Shown here: in pieces, positions 1-13,099 of the stretch
Layout: each line of letters begins with the position of its first letter
Position numbering within the stretch: the stretch's first letter is position 1
Assembly (NCBI RefSeq): GCF_006345805.1
Contig: NC_042997.1
Location: 46,686,001-46,750,000, forward strand
Origin: Octopus sinensis
Taxonomy: Eukaryota
DNA: 64,000 nt
Direction of reading: 5' to 3'
Position numbers and translations under genes: made by a program
The notes under the pieces: generated by a model
Database searches by the model: none
Told to the model about the DNA's origin: nothing
The model's input: the letters and a program-made list of their open reading frames with translations, nothing else

Positions 1-343
1 ACAGCACTGGATTCAATAGACTAAGACAACTCAGCTACTCTTAACAACACATGAGCCAACAATGTAGATGGAAACTAACGTGAATTCTCAACAATGATTT
101 GTGAATCTGTATTCTAATTAATAAATTGGCTTTAAGAGAAAATGTTCCGACGAACAAAGAGATGGCAACACAATTTCTATCAAGCAAAGTTGTTTTTTTT
201 TCTGTCGGAAAGTCCTTATACGACTGAGAGCCACTTCGAAGACAAAGCCCGGAATTGCTACAATAAGATGCCAGTATTTTGATCTCAGTTAACACAGATA
301 CCTTCTCCTCAAATTAGATTTAAGTAGTTTGCAGCAAATAACA

Positions 344-401
<58 letters not shown>

Positions 402-865
402 CAAATTATCTGCTTCATTATATACTGCATCAAAAATAATTCGAAACTAAAACTTATTTTAATTAATATAAACGAGTAACAAATGTTTTCTATAAAGATG
501 CAAATCACGGAAAAGCAACACAAAGTGATGTTTTTATTCAATTTTCCTTTGATAATAAAAATCACATAACAGTATACATGCTACAGAGAACCTCGATCGA
601 TTTCAAGGGACCGCCTGACCTGTTTTTCTTAGCTCCATAGAATTGCCCGATTATTTGTGTGGGCCTGACTGAACTGTATGCTTTCAAACAAGACCTATTG
701 CAAAATGTATTCTCTCTGCCTTAGCGGCTTGATTTTGGATAAATCGATTTCTAAATACATTTTGGTTTTAGATTATACTTTATTGATATGCACATATATA
801 AATACTTACATCATACATGGAAATGTATATACATAAATACATACATACATATATGCATATATGTG

Positions 866-910
<45 letters not shown>

Positions 911-1015
911 ATATTTTATGCATCAATTTTGTATTTGGTTTGTAAGATTCTCGATGTGTGTTCGTGTTGAAACAAATTTGTTGCTTCAAAATAAATATTA
1001 TGCAAATGTGTATTA

Positions 1016-1074
<59 letters not shown>

Positions 1075-1659
1075 CACGCGTGTATATACATTCATTGATA
1101 GACAAATATCATGCATAGATTGTAATATTTTGCAATACACGCGTACTTAACCTGTGTGGTGTTATGTTATATATCGATTAATACAGAATTAAAACAAAAT
1201 GTAGAATAAATAAGCATATATTTTATATCCTAAGAAATTGTAACAGTTGCTTGCAATTTTATCCGCATATCCGATTCACTCAAATTGCACAGTCAGACAG
1301 GCTGTTAAATGGGTTTTGCCAGTTGTGTGATTTCGTAGAGTATCAATTAATTTGTCTACAATGGACCTCAGTAACTTACACTTTTGTGCTCCTTCATGTC
1401 ACAATACTGAAACCAGTTACTTTATCATGTCAAGAGAATTTCTCTCTTCAATGCCCCTGAACATTTATCAAAACAGTCTAAATTATTTAAAGTCAACAAC
1501 GCGATACTTTAATATAGAGTCATATACCAGACTATATCTTACTGCATAGCAATTATTAAATATACTCTCTCTCCTTCGCTAATAGTTCACTACCACCTTA
1601 TAAATGCATTAAGCTCAGTTGTTTTACTATGTGAGTAATTAGAACTTACTACCCTTATC

Positions 1660-1965
1660 CGACCAAATCGACCCCAGGACTTATTATTTGTAGGCCTAGT
1701 ACTTATTCTATCGGTCATTTTTGCCGAACCGCTAAGTTATGTAGACGTAAACACACCAACGTCGGTTGTCAAGCGATGGTGAAGGAATAAACACAGACAT
1801 ACAAACATATATATATATATATACGACGGCCTTCTTTCAGTTTCGTCTACCAAATCCACTCACAAGGCTTTGGTCGGCTAGAAGCTACAGCAGAAGACAT
1901 ATGCTCAAGGTGCCACGCAGTGGGACTGAACGGGAACCATGTGGTTGGTAAGCAAGCTACTTACG
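1660..1965 (-). mobile_element. tRNA-derived SINE, family B, 3'-truncated copy
   Basis: Reverse strand begins with a tRNA-like head (GTAAGTAGCTTGCTTACC...GTTCAGTCCCACTGCGTGGCA); body matches 30899-31303 and 62821-63201. Confidence 0.8.
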
Positions 1966-2524
1966 ACGTTCTTTTTATTTTTTACATTTTAGTTTTTGTG
2001 TTTTCGTTTTCCGTTTACCGTTGTTTACTTTCTGCGTTTTTTATATACTAACCTCTGTTTTGTTGCGTTCCTTCTTTTATTCAATCTTTTTAGTGCGGTT
2101 TGCGCCTGACGAATGAGCTATTAATAGCGATTAAAAACCATTATTGTACATTTTAATATATATATATCATATATATATATATGCATGTATGTATGGATGT
2201 GTATGTATGTATCCATGTGAGTAACATGGCTAATTAATATACAGTTTCGTTAGACCAGTTATTGCAAAATGTACCAAGATAACATCTACAGTCTTGATGT
2301 TTTATAAACCCAACAAATATGAGAGAGAAAACTTTGAGATTATACATTATGTATGATACATAGATTGCTATTTTGATTAATACCACCTTATTTGCGCATA
2401 GAAATTTTTTAAAATAAAACTGTCGGCTATTCGTAAAATCTGTGAATGGTTTATTCAATTTTTTATTCATTTTATTGAGATACGACAAATTCCTGTCAGA
2501 GCATGTGCCTGGCTGTTAAGGCCC

Positions 2525-2563
2525 GCCATTGAAATGGTCCAATAAGGTCGAAATGCATCTGGC
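2525..2563 (+). ncRNA. Minimal type I hammerhead-like motif, possible U3-A8 core variant (degenerate)
   Basis: GCCA-TTGAAAT-GGTCC-AATAA-GGTC-GAA-ATGCAT-C-TGGC: stem I GCCA/TGGC, palindromic stem III ATGCAT, AUC triplet; position 9 and stem II imperfect. Confidence 0.4.
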
Positions 2564-2928
2564 CACTAGTCGGTCGAATTTTCGAATCACTGTCTTTGTT
2601 TCTGCTTGTAAATCGGCTAGTCTAGAAGAGTCGTTTCTTAATGTGATCGGCTTGAAAAATTGTTAAGATATTAAGATATTTTTCTTAACATGAAACCGAT
2701 GGTAGCTTTAATACTCAAAGAAATTTTATCTACCAATGTGGTCGGTCTTGAGTTCTCATTTTCAGTGTTCGACACCTACACACACACACACAAACACACA
2801 CACATATATATATGTATATATCCATATATATATCCATATATATATACATATATATCTACATATATATATGTATGTATGTATGTATATGTGCGTGTGTTTA
2901 TGTGTGTGTTGGTATATATTAGATGCAT

Positions 2929-3311
2929 GGAGGCGCAATGGCCCAGTGGTTAGGGCAGCGGACTCGTGGTCATAGGATCGCGGTTTCGATTCCCAGACCG
3001 GGCGTTGTGAGTGTTTATTGAGCGAAAACACCTAAAAGCTCCACGAGGCTCCGGCAGGGGATGGTGGTGATCCCTGCTGTACTCTTTCACCACAACTTTC
3101 TCTCCCTCTTACTTCCTGTTTCTGTTGTAACTGTATTTCAAAGGGCCGGCCTTGTCACTCTCTGTGTCTGAATATCTCCGAGAACTACGTTAAGGGTGCA
3201 CGTGTCTGTGGAGTGCTCAGCCACTTACACGTTAATTTCACGGGCATGCTGTTCTGTTGATTCGGATCAACCGGAACCCTCGTCGTCGTAACCGACGGAG
3301 TGCTTCCATCC
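2929..3311 (+). mobile_element. Full-length tRNA(Arg)-like SINE, family A
   Basis: A box TGGCCCAGTGG, B box GTTTCGATTCC, TCG at anticodon position; 11-nt TSD ATTAGATGCAT (2918-2928) / ATTAGGTGCAT (3312-3322); highly similar copy at 8834-9224. Confidence 0.9.
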
Positions 3312-3376
3312 ATTAGGTGCATACAAATGAACACTTTCATGTATGTACGAATGGAGGAATAGATGCATACATATTT

Positions 3377-3656
3377 TGTTATTTTCTTACGACTCCAATA
3401 TCGCAGTACGTTTGCTCTTGCCGACAATAGATAAAGACTACACTGTAAGAGTGTTATAACAATACAAAATAAGAACGGCGGCAGTAACGAATACGTAACG
3501 AACGAACAATCAATATTTCCAACACACTAACTCGATCTGTAAACTGACCCTGGACTTCGAAGACCAAACTCCGAACTGCCGACTCAGTCAAACCGCTATT
3601 ATTTATCTGTAGTGGTCTCGTCTATTCTTATTTTAGGCTCTTGCACTTTCGCCACA
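3377..3656 (-). repeat. 3' LTR (TG...CA, 280 bp) of the Gypsy element
   Basis: Minus strand starts TGTGGCG at 3656, just after a degenerate PPT (CTTAAATGGCGAGA, 3657-3670), and ends ...TAACA at 3377; homologous to 7592-7677. Confidence 0.8.
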
Positions 3657-3755
3657 TCTCGCCATTTAAGATTTCGAGTTCCAAAGGAATAAAGAAATTT
3701 AATTAAAAATTTTTTTAAATAATACCAGTGCCTGGTATGATTATTATTATCATTA

Positions 3756-3800
<45 letters not shown>

Positions 3801-3814
3801 CATCATCATCATCA

Positions 3815-3857
<43 letters not shown>

Positions 3858-4310
3858 TATTATTATTATATTTTTGGCCTGGGCCTTACATCAAGGTGTT
3901 CGGTCTGCTTCCGTTTTCTCATACTGGTCTACGAGACGTCATTATTTTCGGTTCTGGAACATGGAATACATCAACAATAGTTCCATAAGAATTTCTCTCC
4001 GTTCTTCGGAATGTCTTTTCTTTACCTGATTTATGTGTCATTAATGTTCCCACCGTGGTCCTTTAATAAGATACATCACACAGTTCCTTTTTTTTTTTTT
4101 TGTTACAAGACCATCCGCCAGACTTCTTTACTTTTTCTGTAGGTTTTAAAATGCACTTTATATCCTGCTTCGAAGTATTTTGTTGCATCTTTCATATTTC
4201 CTTTACATTTTATTTTCTGGCAATAACTTATCAAAAATCAATTTTATTCTTCTCGCGAACATCAACTCTGCGGGTGACATTCATGAATTTGTACTTGGAT
4301 TGGCGGTTAC

Positions 4311-5123
4311 TCAATTTACCATTAAGAATTTTGTAAGTACTTTGTCGTTATTTAATTCGTGCCTAGCCTTTCTTAATGGTCTTTTGAACGTGTCTACAAA
4401 TCTCTTTACCTGCACTTTTGATCTCGGGTGGTAGGGTGGAGTGAAAATATGCTTTATAGCATGAATTTTACAGAAGTTCTTAGATTCATACCACGAGAAT
4501 ATTGTTCCATTATCAGAGACTAACGTGTCTGGAATAGCGTATAGCGCAAACAATTTATATAGGTATGTTATGGTTGTCTTAGCTGTTGGTTTATTGCAGC
4601 TGCATACCCCTGGCTACTTTGTATTGTCTACCACGATTAGATAGTGAGCGCCGTTCACCCGTCCGGCGTACTCCATATGTAACCTAGACCATGGGTTCCC
4701 AGTCTCCGGCCGAGATTGTTATTTTATCGGCGAAGCTTTGGTCGCGAGCGCGCAACCTCGACAGGTTCGCGTCAAATTTTCGATATCCCGGTCCATAGTT
4801 GGTCAATAGACATAGCTCCTCATCAGAGATTTCATCCTCGACATTCCCAGGTGTCCGCTGTGGAATTGCGGCGATACACATTTTTGTAATGTAGTTGGTT
4901 CTAAAACTTTTTGCTCATACATCAGAATATCATCGTATATTGAGAAACTACAAGAATTTGTATTTTTATTCTGCTTATTTTCTAAATGTTTTTTTTTCAA
5001 TTTTGTAATATACTCATCGCCTACAGATATCATTCTTATATCCTGTGCTGTCACTGACAGTACTTGAACAATATTAGCCATAATACTTTTTATTTCGTTT
5101 TCTGCCTGTACTGCGGCTATCAC
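4311..5123 (-). pseudogene. Gypsy integrase fragments (frameshifted)
   Basis: HSGHLGMSRMKSLMRSYVY (zinc-binding region), IPDTLVSDNG, TPPYHPRSKVQVKRFVDTFKR (rve core). Confidence 0.88.
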
Positions 5124-5129
5124 GGTATC

Positions 5130-6170
5130 TTCAAGTGGTTCCGTATTTTGGGGAATTAGTCTCTATAGACAGTCTGCATGACCAATTTTTTCGGTCGAAT
5201 ATACTGCATTTTAAAATTGTAATTTAGTAATATACCCCAACGTTGTAGCCGTTTCGCTGCACGGGTAGGTAACCATTTTTTTACCCATAAATTGATAGCA
5301 ATATTCGATGATCTGTTTGTAATAGAAAATTTCTACCATGTAGAAATCTGTGAATTTTTTCAGCCGATAGATAATCGATAGGGCTTCTTTTTCTATCTAA
5401 CTGTATTTTTCTCTGCCGCTATCAGTGAGCGCAAAACATGAATCCCTGGTTTCGTACTTCCACTTTTATACTTGTGTAGCAACACTCCTCCTACTCCATA
5501 TTCCGAAGCATCAGACGCTACAACAATGTCCATTTCAGGATTGAAATGCGTTAGAGACAAATCTGCGATTAGAATTTTTTTATTTTTCAAATGAGTTTCG
5601 GCATTTAACCGGCCAATTCCACTTAACTTCCTTTTTTTAAATAAGTCATTCATTGCAGCTCTTAATTTGTACATGTTAGGAATGTAGCTTGGGTAGTAGT
5701 TTGCCAGCCCATAAAAGGCTAGTAATGTAGGTATATTTGTCGAAGCAGGCATATTATTTAATGCGTTAGCCTTCGATGGGTCAGGCCGTCCACCATTTTT
5801 ATCAGTTATTTGCCCTAAGTACTTAATTTGAGGCAAAAAAGAATTCGCATTTTTCTTCTCTCAAAGTGAACAAGTACTCTTTAATTTTCTTAACACAGCT
5901 TTTATATGCTCTACATGCCGTTCCTGCGAATTACACTTAATAGATATATCGTCCAAATAAGTGATTTCAAATTCACAATCAGATAACAGCAGCCATGATT
6001 TACTGAAATATTGCCGGAGCAGCTTTTAATCGAAAAAGTAAGCGGTTACATATGTACAATCCTTTATGTGTATTTATTGTCAGATACTTTGAGCATTTGT
6101 CATTTAATGTAATCTGTAAATAAGCGTCAGACAGATCCAATTTGGAGAAACATTTTCCATCAATTAAATT
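5130..6170 (-). pseudogene. Gypsy reverse transcriptase / RNase H fragments
   Basis: FSKLDLSDAYLQI near 6150-6112, YLDDI near 5960-5946, IKYLGQI, IVVASDASEYGVGGVLLH, LQTDHR. Confidence 0.88.
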
Positions 6171-6221
6171 TGTACTCGAGGAAACATCTTTTTCAATTTC
6201 CTCTTCATTTCCTCAATCGAT

Positions 6222-6758
6222 TTATTTTTTAAAGGGACAAACATTTATGCTTTTGCTGTAGAGGCTTATGGGGAAGTGCCATAAGTCAAATAACTTCGAC
6301 CAATCTGTACCAAACTGATTGATATTATTCTCCACAGCGAATATTTTTGCTACGCGTGTTTCTCCTCGAAATCTAACGTCTGTACATATTTCGCCCATGA
6401 AATGTAATTTATCGTCCGTCACGCCCCACGCAATTTTTGCTGTTTTATGTAACCCCGGTTTCTCGATTTTTCTCCTCGTATCCGCATTTATGATTGAAAT
6501 ATCACTATCCATATCCAACTGTAGTTTAATATTTACACCATTTATCTTTCCATATACGAATTTTCTTCTTTTTGTGTCGTATTCATTTTCTGCGGAAAAT
6601 ACCTGAGAACTTTTTGCGTTTGATCCCCGTAATCTTGTCCTGCAATGTGACCTCTTGTGACCAAGTTTCTGACAACTATAACGTTTTCGGTTTTTAAACG
6701 AACACTCTTTTCTGACGTATAGGTCTCCGCATCCGTAACATGGATTGGGACATGGCAC
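6222..6758 (-). pseudogene. Gypsy gag zinc knuckles plus aspartic protease (degenerate)
   Basis: CYGCGDLYVRKEC...SCQKLGHKRSHC followed by LQLDMDSDISII (degenerate LDTGS motif). Confidence 0.85.
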
Positions 6759-7093
6759 TCTTTATTGGTTGTACATTCCGGGTCGACATATCTGTGTTTT
6801 TGCGGAATGTTGCTCTTTAATTTTTTCCCGCCGTGCTTCAATTTTACCATTGTTTGACATTCTTCAGCAATGGTTTGTAGGGCTAAGTCTTGGTTTTCTT
6901 GCTCCATTTTTGAGAGAATTCTTGCCCGAATTTCTCTATTATCTGTTGCCGTTAGGCCACGTACGAAGATAAGCGATTTAAATTTATCCTGAGTGAGTTC
7001 CTAAAGTTTAAAGTTTTCATATTTGTGGTTGACTACTCCACCGCATGTTATAAAGTCATCATCGTTATTCTTTCTTACGTTCCAGTATTCCAT

Positions 7094-7333
7094 TCAAGTG
7101 TTACATAACGAACTTTTGTCACAACATATCTTTGATAGTAATTCAATAGTTACTTGGAAATAAATCTCACTCGACGTTTTGTGCAATATCAAGTTACAGT
7201 ATCGTTCATGCTCAACCGGAGCTACCTTGCGTAGTAATAGCGTCACTTTCTCCTCATCCGACCATGACTTGCAATCTTTGTTAAAAATTTTCTCGTACCT
7301 TCTATAGTACGTAGGAATCGTAACACCCTCCAC
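7094..7333 (-). pseudogene. Mag-type gag N-terminal fragment
   Basis: YRRYEKIF...DEEKVTLLLRK...HERYCNLIL resembles Mag-clade gag. Confidence 0.75.
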
Positions 7334-7576
7334 CGGGTTGCAAGTGAGTTCAGAAATCGAGTTTGCTACGTCGTCTGGCGTAAACTAACTTACCGAATTT
7401 TCGGACTTCCTTGACTGTAATTAAATTAACTGATGTTGTAATATTTGCTTCTGCAACTCCTGTAGTTATTCCTGTTGCTTCTCTTGAAACTGTAATTCTG
7501 CAGCTAATATGTTCTCCATAATCGAACAATTTGTATGACGCACAATTCGTCAAATAACCTACGTGAGTTTCGAAAA

Positions 7577-7677
7577 ATCCTCGTCACCAGATGTTACATC
7601 CTAACATCTCCAATATCGTAGAACGTTTGATATTGCCGACGATAGATAAAGAATACACTATAACAGTGTTATAACAA
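7577..7677 (-). repeat. Truncated 5' LTR plus primer-binding site (tRNA-Ser GCT-type)
   Basis: LTR end at 7592 followed on the minus strand by TCTGGTGACGAGGAT; TGG(C/T)GACGAGGAT complements the 3' end of tRNA-Ser(GCT), ATCCTCGTCGCCA. Confidence 0.8.
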
Positions 7678-8810
7678 ATCTTGGTTCAAATCACTAAAAT
7701 AGACCGTCTTCCTATCGCTGTGGAGGTCTTCCAAATCACCTTCTCCGATCTCTTGAACACTACTAAACAACATAGCGGTCCGCCTGATGTATATGTGCCT
7801 TGCGGCATGTCCGGCCTACCTGAACTGGTGCTTTCCGTATTCCGCGACCATACCGTTTAATCTGTTCTCTAATAATTTCATTTCGAATATGCTCTTGTAA
7901 CAATATTCCTAGCATCGATCTTTTCACGGCCTTTTGCATTGTATCCCCTTCATGGTAGCCCACAACATACCTGCATATAAAGAGCGAAGTTAGGATAGTG
8001 CTACTGAAGAGTATGACACGTATGCTATTGTATACCTCTGTTTTGAACATATCCTTTAATGCCCTTATTCTCTTTGGGATTTCGGCACCCATATTTTGGC
8101 GCATATTCACTGTAAGCAAAATAGAAAACTGGTTTAACACCTCGATTCCATCGCCTCCCATCTCTATTTGTCCTACTGCTACATCTTCCGACTGTATAGA
8201 CTTTGTTTTTATGCACTCTATTTCAAGGCCTACTACTAATTTAAGAGTGCTCAGCTCTGTCACTGTGGTCTTCAGTTGGTCTGTGGTTTCAATAATGAGT
8301 ACAATGTCACCTGCGAATCGGAGACGTTAGTTTCTGGCCATTAGTGTTCATGCCTCTTGTGCAGTCAATGTCATTGATGACCATTTAAACATCCAGTAAA
8401 GAGTTTTGGATAGATGGTATCTCCTTGCCTAAAACCCTTCCAAATTGGAAAACGTATTGATAGTAATAGCGGTGCTATATCGAAAGTGTATCCAGAGTTC
8501 GCATCGCCGGACCGTTTGACACTTGGGAATATCCAGGGATTTCAAAAATCGCGTTCATCTCGACATTTGAAAAGCCGTTTCGTAATCAAGAAAAGCAATA
8601 CACAGATGAAACTTGTATTCGTTCACTCGTTCCATTATACCGATTAGAGAGAATGTCATCTATCGTTCCAACGGAAAGCTACTTGCTCTCTCTGCTGCTG
8701 GTCATCCTGATGTTTCTGGTGGCTATGATCTTTGAAACCAGCTCAGAGACGTGTTTATTCAGTTGGCTTACGAACACAAGGGAATTTATGATGAGGTTGT
8801 TCTTATTGTG
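7678..8810 (-). mobile_element. RTE-clade LINE remnant (RT domain and C-terminus) abutting the Gypsy 5' LTR
   Basis: Minus-strand motifs AFLDYETAF (~8597-8571), GFRQGDTI (~8436-8413), LRFAGDIVL (~8323-8297) and RSMLGILLQEHIRNEIIR. Confidence 0.85.
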
Positions 8811-8833
8811 AGATTAGTAATAGCATTTATTTG

Positions 8834-9224
8834 TGGAGTCGCAATGGCCCAGTGGTTAGGGCAGCGGACTCGCGGTCATAGGATCGCGGTTTCGATTCCC
8901 AGACCGGGCGTTGTGAGTGTTTATTGAGCGAAAACACCTAAAAAGCTCCACGAGGCTCCGGCAGGGGATGGTGGTGATCCTTGCTGTACTCGTTCACCAC
9001 AACTTTCTCTCACTCTTACTTCCTGTTTCTGTTGTACCTGTATTTCAAGGGGCCGGCCTTGTCACTCTCTGTGTCACGCTGAATATCCCCGAGAACTACG
9101 TTAAGGTTGCATGTGTCTGTGGAGTGCTCAGCCACTTACACGTTAATTTCACGAGCAGGCTGTTCCGTTGATTCGGATCAACCGGAACCCTCATCGTCGT
9201 AACCGACGGAGTGCTTCCACCCAC
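8834..9224 (+). mobile_element. Full-length tRNA(Arg)-like SINE, family A
   Basis: Near-identical to 2929-3311; 12-nt TSD AGCATTTATTTG (8822-8833) / AGTATTTATTTG (9225-9236). Confidence 0.9.
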
Positions 9225-9665
9225 AGTATTTATTTGCTTTTAATTCGAGAAATTTTGGTTGCGATTAGTTTGTAGGTATAACATGGAGTTGGCTGGTTCA
9301 ACTGGTATTTTGATATAAGCCTCAACTTATTTATTACAAAAGCAACGGCAAGAGATAAATTCACGGTATCAGTGAGATACTGTTCGAATAAATTTAGTTG
9401 TATGGCAACGGATTATGCAAGAGATAGAGTTTGCAAAAAGGATTTTCATTTGTAAATGAAGCTTTTGATTCATATAGAGCAGTTTTTCAGGATTCTCTTC
9501 GTTGTTGAATTAAATGATGAAAACAATGGCAGTATCAATTAGTGGGATTTAATATTTTACAGTAAATCACTTTATCTATTGTTTAGGCGTTGTAACTAAG
9601 AACAAAATGTCTAGCAGCATATAAAATATATGCGCAGAATATATACATATACACACACGCACACA

Positions 9666-9766
<101 letters not shown>

Positions 9767-10907
9767 TAGATAGATAGATGATAGATAGATATTCATATGA
9801 ATATGTATACATGCATTATATGCCTTTGCATAAATAAAAATTCTTGAATAAATGCCGGGAAGAAAAGAAGGGGAACGCATAGCAGTGAGTCACAAAAGAA
9901 TAAATAGGAAAGAATAAAGAAATGTAATGAAATATGAAGAGACTTACAAAGGGACGATAGAAAAGAATAGGAAGAAGGCCGAGGCCATTTGCGGAACTGC
10001 CGAAACAATACTGGGATTAGCTGTGGTATCAGTATGGAGGATGTTTGCTAATTAGGAAGGAGTGTGAAAGCGTGTATGCTATTGTTGGGTATGCGACTAT
10101 GTAAAAACAATCAACAGAGAGGCAATAAACAAAAGCATAAAGTTACTGAGATTGGAGAAAAAAAGCAAGAAGCATTGTGAAGAAAGTATGCATATGATCT
10201 GAATGTATGTAAATCGAATAACAATATATATATTAGATTTTTCCTCTAACAAACCTTTCTGCCAGAAAAATAGACTGCTGAAGCAGTACGCTCGCGACTA
10301 TAGTGTTGTATACAGCAACCCTTGAAGTGATGCTGCCGACCTTCGTGATGAATTATTTAAGCTGTACGCAGTGTCATGAGTGGGAACAGCATTTTAAGTT
10401 AACCATGTCCACAGAAGACCGTCCCAATCCAGATCATACCCAACGACAATGGACATTCTAAATTGTGTTGCGTTTTGCACTCCAGGAAAATAGTCACGTG
10501 AAGTTTGTGTAGTAGGCATCTGTAGAAGTTTGTCACGCAAGATAAAAAAAAAGAAAAGAAAAGAATATATGCCTGCTCCTTGTTCCCACAATAAAACTTA
10601 GTGATAAAACTTGGATATAAGGTTCTAATTTCAATAGTGCTGGATATTCTCCCCGACTTCTTGTCCAAAAAGAAACATGTCAAAATCGGTCAAATGTGAA
10701 TGCAATGTTGATAGAATTGTACATTGGTGAGAAGCACGTTCTTCATAAAAAAATAAGATAAAGAAGGGGAACAAAATCGAAATGTTGGGATGGAGAGAGA
10801 AACATGTACAGAGAAAACGGTTGATAGGTTCTCGCATTAATATATACAGTACTGACAGTTGCTAGTCATTTTCGAAATATCTTTGATCATAACAGGTACT
10901 GAGTTAC

Positions 10908-11166
10908 CTTCGACATAAAATGTGGGAAGATTTCATTGAACTTAAGAAAACAAAATATAATAGAATGTAAAAAATGATAAATATAAGATAAAACCAAAAA
11001 TAAAATAAACAGATGGAAGGATTTAGAAGAAAAAAAGCTTCGACATGAAACGTGAGAATATTTCATAGAACTTAAGAAAAAAAAAGATAATAAAATGTAA
11101 AAAATGATAACTATAAGATAAAACCCAAATTATAATAAACAGATGGAAGGATTTAGAAAAAAAAAA
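10908..11166. repeat. Diverged tandem duplication of a ~130-bp unit (2 copies)
   Basis: CTTCGACAT...AAACAGATGGAAGGATTTAGAA occurs at ~10908-11037 and ~11038-11166. Confidence 0.8.
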
Positions 11167-11644
11167 CCCATTTAATTTGATAAAAGAAAGAAAAGTTGCT
11201 TTAATGCAGTTAGTAGCACCTGCGCTTGATCTAGAGACGAAACATGGTTGGGGCATGCAGGCTGCTTTCGAGAATGTTTCCATTAAGAAGGAAGAAGGCC
11301 AATGTGTCACATGTTCTTACCAAAACAGTATTTTCTTCGAGTTACTTCGCTGATAAAAACTATTTAATACGTTTCCCATTTGCATTCAAATAATTAATAT
11401 TTGTTTCGCGTTTAATTATTGGCGAAAGCTGCCAAATATTAATTGACAGATCACACTACAAACTTCAGAAATGTATTCCAGGTTAATAATGACTTCGAAG
11501 TTTCGAATTAGTTGTAAATTTTAAGGTTCGAATTGCATATGTAGCTTAATAATGTATGAATGGAAATGTATATAAATATGAACACACAAAAATACACATG
11601 CTTAGCATATTTTTAAAAAATCCGATGATTAAAAATTGTTTTAC

Positions 11645-12166
11645 ATACAAAATTTAGAGGACTGACCACTAAAAGTGGACAGCTCATATTCTAAACATAG
11701 ATGTCAAATCGCCATTACTACGAAGAATATGTTCTCAAGAAAAATCTCAGCAGAAAAACAAAATGTAAAAATAAGCAGGGCAAATGAAAATATACAAAAT
11801 AAAAAATGCTATCAATAAAAAAGGATTACCTATGTACCATTGGTTTCACTTGTTAATATTTACGTATATGGAAACGCAAACATCTGCAAGACCATCAGCA
11901 TAGTCTGTCGTTTACAAAACACAATTTCCAGAACTAGATGCAGAACGCTTAAACGAAATCTACCATGTATAAAGTTCTACAAATTATATTTATGTGTATC
12001 TTTCAAATGTCTTCACTTTGGCGCGCTGAGATCGGAAACTACTCTGCAGTTAATAAACTACAGCAGTCAATTTACCTGTTAGAGAACATTTTTTATGGCG
12101 ATTTGACGTCTATGTTTAGCATATAGGCTGTCCACTTTTAGTGGTCAGTCCTCTAAATTTTGTATA
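11645..12166. repeat. Foldback element with ~90-bp inverted arms
   Basis: ATACAAAATTTAGAGGACTGACCACTAAAAGTGGACAGC... (from 11645) is the reverse complement of ...GCTGTCCACTTTTAGTGGTCAGTCCTCTAAATTTTGTAT (12082-12166). Confidence 0.85.
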
Positions 12167-12229
12167 TATATATATATATATATATACATACACACACGTG
12201 TATATATAATTACATATGTAAAATAGAGT

Positions 12230-12560
12230 GATGTGAAATAATAAAGTGTCCTGCTCAAGAAGACAATACACAGATCGGTTCGGAAATCGAAATCGCAACG
12301 TCACGCTTGTAAGCTCGTTGCTCTAACCACTGAGCAATACATCCTCACTCAGCTGTAGGAATGAGTTGTGACGTCACATGTGCCAAGTTGTATAGGCTTT
12401 CGCATTTCCTACGGACAACATCGGTGATGCGAATAGGACAGACTGGTATGCATGGGGAAGTACTGGTCTTCCACAAACAACCCTGCTCGGACTTGTGACT
12501 CGGATGGGAATTTTCTAGGTGCAATCCCATGGTCACCCGTGACTAAAGGTTTTTTTTTAC
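12230..12560 (+). mobile_element. SINE family C copy with inverted 5' (tRNA head) segment
   Basis: Body 12344-12560 (+) matches the reverse complement of 30605-30815; head 12230-12342 lies on the minus strand. Confidence 0.7.
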
Positions 12561-12568
12561 CTTTATAT

Positions 12569-12617
<49 letters not shown>

Positions 12618-13099
12618 TTATAATTTTTGGTGCAGCTATGAAAACACATTCCTATGTATTTATGTTATGTTTGCATGCATGTTTATGCTCGTACATTTAT
12701 TTATACATATACGAGTGCTTGTGTTGTGAGTGCATTTAGTTATATATAGATATGTGTGTGTGTGTGCGCGAGCGTGTGCGAGTGTGTATATGTGTTTGTG
12801 TGTGCGTATATCTATGTGTCAATATGCGTATGGCGATGGATGTAACCTTGGAAGGGTGTATAAAAAATTTACAGAAACACTCGTGTATGTGTAAATTCAT
12901 GCACTATCGATAACATATAAGGATCAAATATTAATATCATACCTTATTTAAAATTGCCAATATTGAAAATATACATATTACGTATTTTAAGATATGTTTG
13001 GAAGCAAACGTTCAACACAAGCTGCAGAAATTCACTTATTTCGACTTGAGCACGCATACAACACCGGTGGTTACATAATTCAGTGACCTTCCAACTTAT

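Larger units (their letters stand above)
3377..7677 (-). mobile_element. Decayed Ty3/Gypsy (Mag-like) LTR retrotransposon
   Basis: gag, zinc knuckles, protease, RT, RNase H and integrase fragments in Gypsy order on the minus strand; matching LTR segments 3377-3461 and 7592-7677; PBS and PPT present. Confidence 0.92.

Noticed and set aside
41-295. ORF possibly from a PLE endonuclease C-terminus
   Set aside because: No clear GIY-YIG motif; truncated by the window edge.
780-1140. YI/CV/HT/LSIY-repeat ORFs here and throughout the track
   Set aside because: Translations of (TA)n, (CA)n and (TATC)n microsatellites; not genes.
2929-3005. tRNA gene calls for tRNA-like segments (also 8835, 30899, 45466)
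   Set aside because: They continue into SINE bodies, some with TSDs, and lack a proper acceptor stem; these are SINE heads.
3728-3988. Poly-Leu 'signal peptide/TM' ORFs (also 45278-45481)
   Set aside because: Encoded by (ATT)n and (CTT)n microsatellites inside transposons.
10270-10900. Possible DNA-transposase remnant (LHSHL...GQEVGENIQH, minus strand)
   Set aside because: Faint Transib/Chapaev-like resemblance only; too decayed to assign.
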